The notes below the pieces were generated by a model. That model saw nothing but the letters and a program-made list of their open reading frames with translations. It was not told where the DNA came from and ran no database searches. A stretch of DNA of 61,969 nucleotides, counting the filler, from Globobulimina sp. (Eukaryota): assembly GCA_003354225.1 (NCBI GenBank). It is 28 parts of 28 records of this genome, joined end to end, with 100 filler letters (N's around TTAATTAATTAA, not from the genome) between each part and the next. Parts side by side here need not be neighbours in the genome. Positions count along the whole stretch, not along the records: positions 11,091 to 13,208 come from PIVH01008851.1; positions 13,309 to 15,426 come from PIVH01008852.1; positions 15,527 to 17,644 come from PIVH01008853.1; positions 17,745 to 19,862 come from PIVH01008854.1; positions 19,963 to 22,080 come from PIVH01008855.1; positions 22,181 to 24,297 come from PIVH01008856.1; positions 24,398 to 26,514 come from PIVH01008857.1; 21 more parts are not named here. The stretch is one strand, 5' to 3'. Below, piece by piece: positions 11,264 through 24,700 of this stretch. Positions within the stretch are counted from its first letter, which is position 1, and each line of letters begins with the position of its first letter. The position numbers were made by a program, and so were the translations under genes.

Positions 11264-11570
11264 AAAGGTTGTGAATAGTGTGTTTCATTTTTTTCTGTGC
11301 TACATATATTATTTATCAGATGTAGTATATTATTTCGATATGTTGTTCTTTAAAGTAAATCCAGAACAGCCACAAAAAAATAAAATTTGAAAATGGCACA
11401 CAGCAAAACTTAATTCGTGCCACCTCGGACAAGAATACTAAAATAGAAGAATATGTAACCAAGCTGAAAACTTGGTCCAGTTTGAGTACCCTATGAGTAG
11501 AGCAGCAAAGCTCTTAGTATGTTGTTCATGATGTTTAGATTAGTCTGTTTGCTAATTTTGAGCAAATTCG

Positions 11571-12526
11571 ATGAGAAGCTGGAAAAAGCGTAGGAACAGA
11601 AAAAATAAACGTGTTGCAGGGCATGATCCGGTGACAGACACAATTGCATGTCTCAGATGTAAACGAAAATCAAAATCAGATCAATTTTTTACATGGTCAA
11701 ATTGCAATCATTATTATTGCGTTCGATGTGTATCGAATATGGTTAATAAATGCTTATCAAAATCCAACAAACTGCCAAAATGTATATATCCTGATTGTAA
11801 TCAACCATTAACGAATGAAGATGGAGATACCAAATCCATCAAATCTAAATTATCAAAGAGATATCAAATCAATCAAAGTGTCATCCAATACGATTACAAT
11901 GAGTATTTAGTGCATGGTTATGTTCGACAAAATTATTTAAATGCTCCAAATGAAATAGTTCTACTAATTCAAGATTATGTCAATTTATTATATGTCACCA
12001 AAATTGATTGTTATAAATGCAAAGCAGAAGGAATCATTATCTCCGATTGTAAGAAATGTGGAGGCTATGGCTTTTCATATATTTGCAGATGTTGTAATGG
12101 TGCCGGAATTTACACCGATAAATTTATTTGCGTTAAATGCAAAGGTTCTGGTTATCAGAAATGCACTAAATGCATAAACGGTGAATATTACATTGGTCCA
12201 TGTCGAAAATGCAAGGGATCAAGTTCGAAAGTGTGCGAATATTTTGATCTGGATTCAGACATTCATTATTTGAGTGTAGATTTTTGTTTTTCATGCAGGG
12301 AACAGGTAGTTTTACTGTAAAATGTAACAGGTGCGATGGTTGTGGTAGATTGAAACAAGAACAATTTGCCTGCGATGAATGTTGTGGTAAGGGCGCGTTT
12401 GAGCAATTGCAGAAATGCTGGCTTTGTAATGGAAGCGGTGCCGTGAAAGATCGACAGAAATGTGACAATTGCAAAGAATCAGGTTCAATCACAACGGAAT
12501 GTGATGTATGTAAATGTAAAAAATAA
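11571..12526 (+). CDS. RING-like finger + multiple CxxCxGxG (DnaJ-type) zinc-finger repeats; intron ~12231-12298
   Basis: CxxC...CNHYYCVRC...C-C, then repeated CKKCGGYG, CRCCNGAG, CVKCKGSG, CNRCDGCG, CDECCGKG, CWLCNGSG. Confidence 0.7.
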
Positions 12527-12570
12527 GCAATTAGTAATATTAGATTTTAATAAATTGATTCATAAACAAT

Positions 12571-13067
12571 CATTATGTCGTCAATGTAGAAAATATTTTC
12601 CAAATGATATGATTATATGTTGGTCAAAATGTTTCCATCCATATTGTTATTCATGTATTTCAAAGTTAGCTGCGGAAAGTACTGTGACTTTTTGTAATGT
12701 TTCACAATGTAAACAGAAATTATCCGCGCAAGTTTTGGATTTATTTGTTAATATGTTTTTATGTACTTATTGTAATGGGTGGCATTTAAAAATGGAGTCA
12801 AATGTATTTTCGTGGAGTGAATGTGGTCATCAGTATGGAAATAATTGTGTTGAGTTGCATATTAACAGTTATTTGAAAAATTCAACCATTCCTAAATGTG
12901 TACAAAATAACTGCGAGAAAGCATTAGATTTTGCAGATATCGATGCTGCACAATTTAAGAGTTTACAATACAAATTAAAGAAGACATATGGCCGTCTTTC
13001 TATGCAAGATCGCATTAATATTCATCGATCAAACAAAGGTCATGGTTGTGATATTAGTTTTGGCTGA
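12571..13067 (+). CDS. Tandem RING-like finger protein (paralogous to the upstream RING)
   Basis: Two WSxCxHxYC/G..C motifs resembling the WSNCNHYYC of the upstream gene; start uncertain. Confidence 0.55.
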
Positions 13068-13539
13068 TCATAATTTTACAACATATACAACACAAAACAA
13101 AGAGAGACTGAATTGAAGGGAAATAATATTTTTCTTATTTTTCTATTGAACCTTTAATTTTTAATTTTTTTGATTTATTAAATACTGAAAGCATCTGTTT
13201 TTTTGTAGNNNNNNNNNNNNNNNNNNNNNNNNNNNNNNNNNNNNNNNNNNNNTTAATTAATTAANNNNNNNNNNNNNNNNNNNNNNNNNNNNNNNNNNNN
13301 NNNNNNNNGAGTAAATCAGAATGTGTAAATATTATAAAAACAATGGGAGGATTATATGCAACCAGATTGAAGACAATTGGATGGAAAGTATCATTAGGTA
13401 CTAGCCAGAGATATGTAAATGCGGATTATACACTGATCATTGAATCTGCTAAAGATAGTGGCAAAATTGTAACAGACTAAAGCTTTCTTCATCTTCCTAA
13501 TTTTATTTGTCTATTTCTGGAATTTTACCAACTTGTACA

Positions 13540-14616
13540 ATGGGAACCGCAGTCAACGCTTGTTGTGGTGATGTCTTTACCGAGCAATCAATCGATACAG
13601 AAATAAAATATAATCACAACGAACAAAAAAACGAAGAGTTACCAATCATCGCAGTATTAGGCGCAACGGGAGCTCAAGGCGGTGCAGTAAGTCGCGCATT
13701 ATCAGAATCAGGTTTATACAAAATCCGTGGACTAAGCAGAAACCCACAATCTGAAAAGGCCAAATTACTTATTGCAAAGTATAAGAATCTAACAATGATT
13801 CAAGCAGATTTAAATGACATTGACTCATTAAAAAACGCATTTGATGGAGTTTATGGTGTTTTTGGTGTAACTTTTTCTTGGAATCATTTGGATCCAGCAA
13901 AGGAATGTCAAGAAATAAAAAATTTAGTGCAAGCTGCAAAAGAATGTAAAGTAAGCCATTTTATATGGTCCACATTAGAAGACACAAGAATATTAATTCA
14001 AGAAACAAATAAAAATGACCAATTTCCAACATTGCATGGAAAATATAAGGTTCCTCATCTTGACGTAAAAGGTGAATCGGATAAATTATTCAAAGAATCT
14101 GGAATTCCAACAACCTTCGTTTTGTCAACATTTTATTGGGCAAATTTTATCGGACCAATGGGACCACAAAATTCAGATAAAAATGAAGGTGAATTTGTCA
14201 TTACCGTACCAATGGGAGATAAATTGGTTGGAATGAATTTAAATACTTTGGGTATTACAGTAGCCAACATATTCAAGCAAGGGCTTGATTCCATTGAATC
14301 GATGGTTGGGCGATATATTGGTGTATGTGACGATGTTTTGTCATTGGAAGAAATTTGTCAGAAAATGAGTAAAAAATTGGGTAAAACCATTACATTTAAT
14401 TTTGTTGAGGCTGCTGTTTATGCACAATTTGGGTTTCCAAAAGCTGCAGATCTAGCAAATATGTTTAAATATTATGATGTATTTAGTGAACACTATGCTC
14501 AAATAAGGGATTATGGCAAATTAAGAGAGATTTGTCCTGAATTACCAAAAGAGTTAAATGGATTTGATGTATTTTTACAAGAAATGGGTGATAAAATTCC
14601 ATTCCCTACAAAATAA
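13540..14616 (+). CDS. NmrA/HSCARG family NAD(P)-binding protein
   Basis: IAVLGATGAQGGAV, AFDGVYGVFGVT, HFIWSTLED, YKVPHLDVKG, YAQFGFPKAADLANMF. Confidence 0.93.
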   Translation: MGTAVNACCGDVFTEQSIDTEIKYNHNEQKNEELPIIAVLGATGAQGGAVSRALSESGLYKIRGLSRNPQSEKAKLLIAKYKNLTMIQADLNDIDSLKNAFDGVYGVFGVTFSWNHLDPAKECQEIKNLVQAAKECKVSHFIWSTLEDTRILIQETNKNDQFPTLHGKYKVPHLDVKGESDKLFKESGIPTTFVLSTFYWANFIGPMGPQNSDKNEGEFVITVPMGDKLVGMNLNTLGITVANIFKQGLDSIESMVGRYIGVCDDVLSLEEICQKMSKKLGKTITFNFVEAAVYAQFGFPKAADLANMFKYYDVFSEHYAQIRDYGKLREICPELPKELNGFDVFLQEMGDKIPFPTK

Positions 14617-14672
14617 AAAAATTAAATATAAAGTGAGTTTTTTTTTGTACAGTCACTCCAAACATTTATACC

Positions 14673-15426
14673 ATGGAAGCGCAACAAGATGAAAAAACAG
14701 AAGACATCAAAAAACAACGAATGCTACGAAACAGACAGAGAGCAATCAATGAGTTAATATCCACAGAACAGAAGTATGTCAATAGATTAAAAAGGCTAAA
14801 AAACATTTACATCGAACCCCTAAAAAATTATAAAAATATGATATTAACGTACGACGATCATACGAAATTATTCCCCGCCATTCTAGCCACCATAATAGGA
14901 CTTAATACTAAATTATTACTTGATCTCACCTCCAATAAATCATTAATTGGTGCAACAATGCTTGAGTTTGTGCCGTATCTCACAATGTATCAAAGTTATT
15001 TGAATGACTATGGTTCCATCAATGATTTAATGGTCACACTACGTAAGAACAAAAGTGGTCCTTTCTGCAAATATCTACATAAACAGGAACAGAAAGACCA
15101 AGGCTTCACATTGGAATCATATTTGATTGAACCCATTCAACGCATCCCTCGCTACCAATTATTATTCAAAGAAATATCCAAATTAACCCCTCCGCAGCAT
15201 GACGATTATGAATCTTTGAAGGAGTGTTCGCAATTAATATCTCGACTAAATTCAACTATAAATGCCAGGATCACCGAATACGACCAACGCCACAAGGTAT
15301 TTTTAATTGAAATGAGGATTATTAATCTCGACATCAACGAGAAATACAGCTCATCCACAAACTTATTTGCTTCATGGTTTAGTACATCACATAACAAATT
15401 AGATAAACTTCGCTTAGTGTCGCCTT
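14673..15426 (+). CDS. RhoGEF (Dbl-homology) protein, 3' truncated
   Basis: RQRAINELISTEQKYV and LESYLIEPIQRIPRYQLLFKEI...TPPQHDDY. Confidence 0.92.
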
Positions 15427-15921
15427 NNNNNNNNNNNNNNNNNNNNNNNNNNNNNNNNNNNNNNNNNNNNTTAATTAATTAANNNNNNNNNNNNNNNNNN
15501 NNNNNNNNNNNNNNNNNNNNNNNNNNGAATATTGATGAAAAAGTAGTTGTCATAGTGTCAGGGGATGGTGCTCATTCACATAAATGTCAACAGGAACAAC
15601 CATACGTTTTAATTACAGTAAGAATGCTGTTATTTTCGACTCGCTTATTGATCAATGGATTATTCACAAGAATGGGCAATATTTATATGATGCTTTGAGC
15701 TGTGGTTTCTATGGCTATTTGATTTTAGACGGAATGTTGAACCGATGGAGGAGGCTGAATGGATCAAATGCAGTCAACTCAACATTGATTTGTGAATCAG
15801 TTCATTCATCATATTTTTCCATGTTGGTAGCCTCTTTTCAATTTGAGTAAAACAACTAAAAACAACTAAGCAATCAAAGCACAACAAAAAGACTCACAAG
15901 AAGTATTTTTAATTATAAATT

Positions 15922-17644
15922 TTATTCAATATCGCCATTATTTTCTAGATCTTTTAATGAATCTACATATTTGCTTAATTCTTTTGTCGATGTGGCGCCA
16001 AATATTTTTATCCGTGATATGATATTTTCATCAGCGACTTGAATAATTAAGTTTTGAGGGTTTAATAACGTATCATCAGCCACTTGAATAATTTCTTTAC
16101 AGTCCACAATAAATTGCATAATTAAGAAACAAATTTCAATTGGTGCATATTTAAATAATTCCGATTCATTACATAAACAATTTAAAGCCAATGTAAAAAA
16201 AGGAGGTGATTGAATCGCTTCTTTTAACTCATTTATGGACGCTATAAATTGATGGAATTTATCAAAGGATAATAATTTCTTCTTCCATCTAAATCTATTT
16301 AATAAGAAATTTTGATTGATTCTTTCATATAAAATATGTCTTTCAAATGCAATTAATAAATATGCTAAATCTTTCGGTGTCGACCATACATTTTGTGTAA
16401 ATAATTCAAATTTTGTCTGTCCAATTTTTGTATACCAATCACCGACACATTTATTATGTGAGGTAGCCTCATATAAGTTTGTTAAGGATTTTATAATATA
16501 TTTTAGTTCTGTTTCATGCAATTTTTTTAATCTACGTTTATATGATATTTTCTTTATGATAAATGATAGCAAAATACCAATGGATAGAATAATTAATGAG
16601 CCATACGATAATAACATATTTATATTCATATTCAAAGAAGAAGAAACAAATAAATATAAAATAGTGGCAATATATGCAATAATAATATAAAAAGTGGTTT
16701 GTAATGAATTTAAATAAGTAATTGATGAGAATGCATAGATTCGATATTGATGATTTTCTTTATTTTTTTCAGAAATAATAAATTTTGATATGAATGGATA
16801 AGATAAATGCCAAAGAACCATTAAATAGGATACTATTAAACAGCCAAATAAACCAATTCGCATATTATCCAAAATAATTAGCATACCAAAGACGACATAA
16901 ATGGATTGGAATAATTGCAAACCGTTAATAAATGCCAATGGATATCTTATATCTAAATTATCACTTTGTTCCCAACAAATTTGTGCATTTTTATACACCA
17001 AAACTATTGAGGTGGTAAACCAGAAAAATATTAATAATCCAAATGATAATATACTCATTATATCATATTCACTTTCAGAGTGATATCCAGATATTATAAG
17101 GCAAACATCATTGTCATCATTACCCGATATCCAGATATCGGTATCATTGTTATCATTGTTAATATCATTGTTATCATTACCGGCCGCTGTATAAATACAT
17201 TGTGACAATTTCAATAAATTTATAACAAAAGTAACAAAAAACACGCGTGAATATAACCAACAGGTCTTTATCCACAACGTAGATTTTGTAAAATGCCCAT
17301 TTGGTACACCCCATTGAGAGAATAATTGCTCACAAACTAAAGGCAACGAACAGATAATGACCCAAAAAAATCCAAACACCAAAGTTATAACACTCACAGT
17401 CATATATCCATTATAAGAAAAATTAGCTAATAATGTCCATTTGGAAATGGATATAAATCCATTATCAATATTAATTTTAAAGGAGGCATCTAATTCAAAT
17501 ATTTGATTAATATAAAACATATAAAATAAGATTGAGGTTAATTGAAAAAAATCTAATAAGATACCAAAGATTGCAATGGCATTGATCCAACAAAATCGGA
17601 TATGAAAAGGTATAAAATCATCCGTTGGATAGGACCATAATATG
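15922..17644 (-). CDS. Multi-pass membrane protein (5' truncated)
   Basis: Long ORF with ~7 hydrophobic segments and a cytosolic tail. Confidence 0.6.
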
Positions 17645-17744
17645 NNNNNNNNNNNNNNNNNNNNNNNNNNNNNNNNNNNNNNNNNNNNTTAATTAATTAA
17701 NNNNNNNNNNNNNNNNNNNNNNNNNNNNNNNNNNNNNNNNNNNN

Positions 17745-19817
17745 CTTGGAAGGCCGCAAGAAAACGAACTGGGAAACACGCAATGATTTACATAATGCAG
17801 ATGGCACTGTGGATACATGGATTTTTCCAAATCCACCACAAGAACCACGCGTACATCCAAGAGAGGAATTGAGTTCGCAGTCAGATAATGAGTCTGACAA
17901 AGGAGAGGAGGACATTGTGAGCGATGAGAATGATAAAGAAGAGGAGAAAGCGAATGAAGGCGATGATTATTTCAAAGCGCAATCGGAAACGTTTGAGATT
18001 GAGAGTGATTCGGCGGAGGAGTCAGAGGAGAAAAACACGGAAAACGTTGATATCCGAATTTTATTCAAGGATTCGAAATTTGTGAAAGCTGCATTGTCAG
18101 CGCAGTATGAAAAGGATTGGATACAACGTTTAAAGATAGCGATCGATTATCGGTCGAATTTGATCAAAAATATTGCAAAATTTCGCAAATTAAAAAAGAT
18201 ATCATATGATCAAGTCCGTGGTGAAGCGAATGCATACAATCACCGGTGTATCACCATTTACCGCCATCTTATAAGAAATTTGGCCGTTTATTGGGTTTAA
18301 AAGAAGAAAAATTGAAAGCCACAATCATTGATACCTACGTTAAGCAATTTAAATTTTTGCAAAAGAAATCATTTATAGATAAGGCAGGGAAACGGATTAA
18401 AAAATATGAATCGTTGGATATTATTCCCAGTGAGTTATATCACTACAAAAAAGGAAAAATAAAACAAAAAAAGAAACAGAAACGTTCAAAAGAAATCTTA
18501 TTCGGATTGAGACGAATTAGTTTCAAGTGGCCCAAAACCGAAAAGACATAAATCAAATCCAATTTTGGTTTTGGATGACAGCGATGCGATATCTGACAGT
18601 GATGCCAAACCCACACATAAATCAAAAACACCACCACAACCGAGCTACATTAAGCAAATCATCGCGAATCAAAACAATTTGCAGATGAGTGTGGCTGTAT
18701 TGACATCGAATGCGGAGAAGAAAACAAATGAATCGCCTCAGAAACAGTCCGTAAACGAAATGTTGAACTCAAATAAACGAGGCATTCATCGCTGGAGTCG
18801 TGAACATTATGTTAATAAAACGACCCATTGTTTCGAATTAATCGCAAATCAAACGACGGATTATCAGCGCGAGTCAAGTCACGAAGATTTATATCAAAGA
18901 ATGATGAATAAAAAGAGAAAAAATAGGGATTTGGTGGATGAATTACAAGGTAAGTTTGGGTCTGATCCCTTTTATCATGTGAGTCCCGTAAATAATATGC
19001 TTATTTACAACTTTTTGTGTGACTTTGGATACTTACTTTGAATGTTCATAATTGGATACAAATAACGTTTCTGTTGGAGATAAACGTTTTTGTTTTTACT
19101 TGTTTTGTACATTTTTCTTTCACAGAAATCATACACTATTTTTACTCATTTTTTCATCGTTTTTAAACTATTCCGATGGTCTCATTGCAACGAAGGTGAA
19201 CGGATTTATCCTAACTTAACCTTCCTGACTATGACCAAATTGCTTCTTATACGGGTCAATACATATATTATGCACCATAGATACCCAGTATTTGAGCTCA
19301 TGACCGGATGATAAAAGGTCATGTTTTTACCAATGCATTTAAATAATTTAACCTTGTTTGTGTACTTAAAGAGGAGGATTCGGACGACAGTGATGACTCT
19401 GCTTCGTATAAAAAGAGAAAGAAATCGAAATCTTCAAAATTAGATAAGAAATATCGATCTCACACTGAATTTATACTATTTATCTGGCGAATGAGTCCAA
19501 AGAATTTCACGGATATCATGTTAGAAATAATCAGATATGCCCAATTGACTCAAAATTTAACCAGAGCAGATATCAATACATCGATTCATAATATTTTCAA
19601 AGAAAAATCAAATATTTTTGCATTTATAACCGAAGCAAAGAGATTATTGAATATATGGTCCCTTTATTTGACAAATTATCAGACGACAATCGCTGTAAAA
19701 TTACAAGCGTTGTATACAAAGAAAGCAATTTCTTGTAAACCAACGCGCGAAATCGAATGTTATTGCAAATCTATCTATGCAAATCTATCTATGCATAACT
19801 TGAAAATTTCAAACTGA
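17745..19817 (+). pseudogene. Fragmented, frameshifted unknown gene (possibly a decayed transposon ORF)
   Basis: Abutting ORFs in different frames (17746-18300, 18246-18551, 18565-19041, 19491-19817); GTAAGT donor at ~18949. Confidence 0.35.
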
Positions 19818-20226
19818 CCTCCTCCCCACTCGTCGAATTATTTTCATTTAGCTCAAACTCCTNNNNNNNNNNNNNNNNNNNNNNNNNNNNNNNNNNNNNN
19901 NNNNNNTTAATTAATTAANNNNNNNNNNNNNNNNNNNNNNNNNNNNNNNNNNNNNNNNNNNNCTATGTTCATGATGATGATGATGTTGATATTATGACTT
20001 TATATAAGATTGAAGTACTCGAGAATATAAAAGAGGATGAATGGATGTATGAAATGGCGCAGCGTTTGAAATTAAATATTCATAATGAACTGATCGATGA
20101 ACGTGTTGTTGCAAACTTGCAATTGACAATGTTGAACGGTTTTCACTTTTGAAAAAAAAACTTTTGGATTGTTTTCCTGACTAACTTTGATTGACAATCC
20201 GTAAAAGCTCTAACCGCTTTTTGTTA

Positions 20227-21682
20227 ATGGCCAAATTCCCAATTCTTATTATAAAATATATGCTTTTGTTATTATTGATACCATTATTAACATTTTGTAA
20301 TATCTGCTTAACGACAGGTGTCTTTCACTTATCTGTTCTGTTTAATCACTGTGTTGTTTATTAATTATGTTGTTACATTATCTCAAACAGAACCATCGGC
20401 GAAAATATATCGAGGTAACATGATAGAAACAGAGTGCATTGATAATGAAACACAACTCCTTGACACAATGCATACAATATTATTGAACACAACTCAAGCA
20501 CAACATACATCATCTTTTGCTGAAATGATACTCAGTTCAATGTGTAATTGGTATGAACAGCAAATGGCAAAATCAAACTTTCCGTTCAACATTGTCAAAG
20601 CAACATCATTCAAAATAAATCCGATGAAAATCAGAAAATTATTGAATTTGATAAATGAATTAAAAAACGATAAATCATCTCAAGTTTCGATATTTAAGCA
20701 AATGCAATCAGTGTTGGAAGGTATTCTAACAACAGATCAGAGATTTGTTATGTTGCAGGAATGGATTTATTACAAGCCGTATATACTATGGATTAGTGAC
20801 AACAAATTAGAATTTGTCAGCCAAATAGGTTACGGAAGTCAAGCGACTGTGCTTAAAGTTGAAAATAAAAACAATACTTTTTATGCATTAAAAATATTCC
20901 ACGATGTAAGTGATTGTTTTGGTGAAATGGAGATTCTTATTCGAATCAAACAAGAGCTGCACTCCGATAACATTTCCATAAATGTGCCACAAATCGTTTC
21001 TCATTTTAATATTCGTTGTTGGAAACATAATGCGATTTTGATGCAATACATTGATGGGGTTTCATTAGCAAAGCTTAAAATTTCCAGTGAGAATATGTTG
21101 CATAAAATGTGGCAACAACTTAGTAGTATCGTGGTGAGAACAGGAGTTAAAGGGATTGGCCATTTTGATATTAACAGATGGAATATTTTAATTGATAATA
21201 ATGACAATTTTTGGTTGGTTGATTTTGGTTTGGGCGTAAATATAAAACATTATTGTTTGGCTGATTTTAAATATCCAATTATTGGAACATGGATATTTTA
21301 TTCGCCATTTGCATATCAATTGTCGCGAATCTTTGAAAATATATCGCAAGCTATTCGACATAAAAGTTATCAGATCTCGAATCAAGACAAAATAATGATA
21401 AACCAATTAATTATTGATGCAAATTTATATTCATTGCAAGCGCTTATATTCTTTATGTCAGATTGTTGTGTGGAGAATAATAAGAGAATGCTATCATTGC
21501 ACTATCAAGCAGATGACTTGTGGACACAACTCGAGTATTCAGACATAACTGAGGCTATGCATCAGTACTTATCAAAAATGTGGAAAGAACGTGGTTGTGC
21601 GGTTGCAAGTTATTTACAGTCCAATAAAAAACATATTTTGAAGAGAAGCCATCTGAATCTATTGCTACAAAACTTTATTTAG
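20227..21682 (+). CDS. Protein kinase with N-terminal signal peptide/anchor; intron 20318-20390
   Basis: Spliced start MAKFPILIIKYMLLLLLIPLLTFCNICLTT|EPSAK; IGYGSQATV, YALK, HFDINRWN, DFG, GTWIFYSP. Confidence 0.8.
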
Positions 21683-21739
21683 ATTCACAAGCTAAGTTTT
21701 TTTTTGAGTAAACTTTTCCAATCACATGGACCCCAATAG

Positions 21740-22080
21740 ATGTATTTTGAACAAGCCATTGTCTTGATGTGTCGTATAAAACCAACATATATAGATACCT
21801 CTCTAATCATCCTCAAGTACCCCAATGCTAAATGGATTGTTTTATTTGTTTGTTGTTATACGATATTCACCAATACATATTGTAATAATTTAAACCCTTT
21901 GAAGCAACCATTGCTCAAACAATATCAACTCAGTATTCCACAATACAATGTATTGTATTCCGCATATTACTTACCGAACATTGTAGTATGTACACTTACA
22001 AAATTAACAAACTGTTTTAATTAATATACAAATTACATATACATAGCTGCCAATACTTGGCGGATTATTGATAGATAAAA
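21740..22080 (+). CDS. MFSD1-like MFS transporter, N-terminal fragment; intron 21986-22046
   Basis: KWIVLFVCC...QYNVLYSAYYLPNIV|LPILGGLLIDK. Confidence 0.78.
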
Positions 22081-22320
22081 NNNNNNNNNNNNNNNNNNNN
22101 NNNNNNNNNNNNNNNNNNNNNNNNTTAATTAATTAANNNNNNNNNNNNNNNNNNNNNNNNNNNNNNNNNNNNNNNNNNNNTAAATACTTATTTACTATTA
22201 ATAATACTATTTACCTTACAATAAGATTAAAATGAATATAAAGTTCAATATATTGCGGCACTTCACTTGTTAGCAAGATGTTGACTGATTTATGTTTCCT
22301 TAACTTCAGCACGCAAAAAC

Positions 22321-24230
22321 ATGTCGTCTAGCTACATGCAACCCACACAAGCGCCAGCATTCCAAAATAACTTCCAACGCAAACAACAATCGATGCTTTA
22401 CAACAATCAAAATGGTGGACAACTTAACTCAGCCCAATGTGTTCAAGTCTTGGGTTCAGATCCTGAACAATCACATCTTCTCACTTATTGGTACAATTTA
22501 TTTTGACACAATCGCAAATTCAAACAACACACATACGCCATGATACCAAACAACACACATACGCACAGTGCCACAGAGGACGAATGGGATCAATACCTAG
22601 CTGGCTCTGGTTTTGACCAACAAGCCACTCTCAACGCGCCGGTGCCACACCATGCCCTCCAAGCCACTGCAGGTGGACCCAAACATTTTGCCTCCAACAA
22701 GTCCGAAGAACAAAAAGAATCTCCATCGCAAAAATATGCCATAATATCCATAATGGGCCCCCAATCAAGCGGTAAATCTACGATTTTGAATAAATTATTT
22801 GGCACAAGCTTTGAAGTTATGGATCATACCAAGGGCCGACGCCAAGTCACTACTGGAATATGGATCGGTTCCTGTCCAAAAGGTACTGAATATACACAAA
22901 CACAAATATATCCTGGCACCCTTTGCGAAAACGCGAACCCATCGCAACCATCCACACAGCAAAAGATATAATGGTATTAGACTTAGAAGGCACAGACAGC
23001 GCCGAACGCAAACAAAACCGTTCGAATTTCGAGCGCCAAACCTCATTAATGGCACTCACGTTGTCTGAAATCCTGATAATTAACCTCTGGGCCTCCGACA
23101 TTGGCCGCTCCGCCGGAATGAACGTGGATACCTTACGTGCCATCTTAGAGGCCAATTTGCGTCTATTTGCGCCCGATACCAAGACCTTGTTATTGTTCCT
23201 TGTCCGCGAACAGTCGCCGGACGAGTCGCAATTCGGTGTCACGCCGGCGGCCCAGTTAAAGCGCAACATTCAGAGCGTGGTCGTGCAGATTTGGAACGAA
23301 ATCGACAAACCCGACAGGTTTGTATGTTAAACCCCGCTTTTTTTTTGATTGGTGACAGCTGAAATATATACTTTTGATCAGCTTCAATAGCACAAAGATA
23401 ACGGACTTATTTGACATTCAATTTTATTTCATGCCGCCTTTGGTTTATTTCCGCCAGCAATTTGAGGCCAAAGTGGTGGATCTGTACAGTCGTTTTACCA
23501 ATCCGTCGGACAGCAATTATTACTTCAATACGGGTTATCACTTAAAAAAGTGTGTGCCGCCCGAAGGGCTCTACACGTGGACCAAGCAAATCTTTGAGGC
23601 CATCACTAGCGACGAGTCGTTGAACATCCCCGACCAGCAAAAGTTGCTCAGCGCCTATCGCTGCGAACATGCCTTGAACGAAGCATACGAACTGTTCACG
23701 CAGTCCACGCAGGGCATTGTGCAGGAAGTGAAGGAGAAATATGTGGAGGGCTTCGGCAGGAAAATGGACGGCATCATCGAGAAATGTGTGTTGAAGTTCA
23801 AAGAGACTGCGAATAAGTACGACGCCGAAGAGGCGAACGAGAAATACAAGTCGTTGGTGGATAAGATCGAGACTCAGATCCAGTTTCTGTTCAGTTTCCA
23901 GTACAAGTATTTGTTGGATAAAGTGAAGGAAATCTTTTATTATGAGATGAGTCAGAGTCTGCCCAAAGGAGTTTGCGTGGACAATTTAGAGGCGGTGATG
24001 AGCAGAGTGGGCGAGAACGTGAGGAAGTTCTTTAGCGTTAAGATCGAGGAATGTATGATCAATACGGAGAATGAGACGTTTTTGAACAAGGATCGATATT
24101 GGGAGGAGACGTCGGAGCGGCTGAGGGAAGCAAGCAAAGCGATCCAAGCGGAACAATGGCAGTTCCTATGTAAGGAAAATGAGTATTTAGCGGATGAGCA
24201 TTTATTGGCGCAAATTGGTCGCTTGTTGAG
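22321..24230 (+). CDS. SEY1: SEY1/RHD3 atlastin-like ER fusion GTPase (3' truncated); introns 22491-22568, 22883-22959, 23318-23381
   Basis: [57 protein letters not shown] introns restore one frame. Confidence 0.93.
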
Positions 24231-24700
24231 GTAGGTTGCATGCTTTTTTTCTGAAGTAAGTAAGTTTTTTTTTTCTTACTGACTTGACTGTGCATCCNNN
24301 NNNNNNNNNNNNNNNNNNNNNNNNNNNNNNNNNNNNNNNNNTTAATTAATTAANNNNNNNNNNNNNNNNNNNNNNNNNNNNNNNNNNNNNNNNNNNNATG
24401 GATTGCGACAAGAACTGAGATTGCTACCTTTTGGAAACGGCAATATCCACCATTTCAAGTTCAAAGAATTAAATCTAAACTGTGACTTTTGTTTTGTTAA
24501 TTTTCTACTTTTTTTTATTCAATTATGCAATTTCAAATCTTGTGCAAGGATCACTTCAAACAGTCAGAACTATGCAAACAGTCATAATTTAACTGTTGAT
24601 GGATTTATTTGTAAACATAATTATCAGTTGTTTTGAGCTCACTGATCTTTTTTTCTGAATTTTGAGCTCACTGATCTGAAAAAAAAACAGCTTTCTAATC

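Noticed and set aside
20318..20390. ORF-track hydrophobic N-terminus (MSFTYLFCL...) of the kinase
   Set aside because: Begins at GTG and is GT...CAG bounded; better explained as an intron read through in frame
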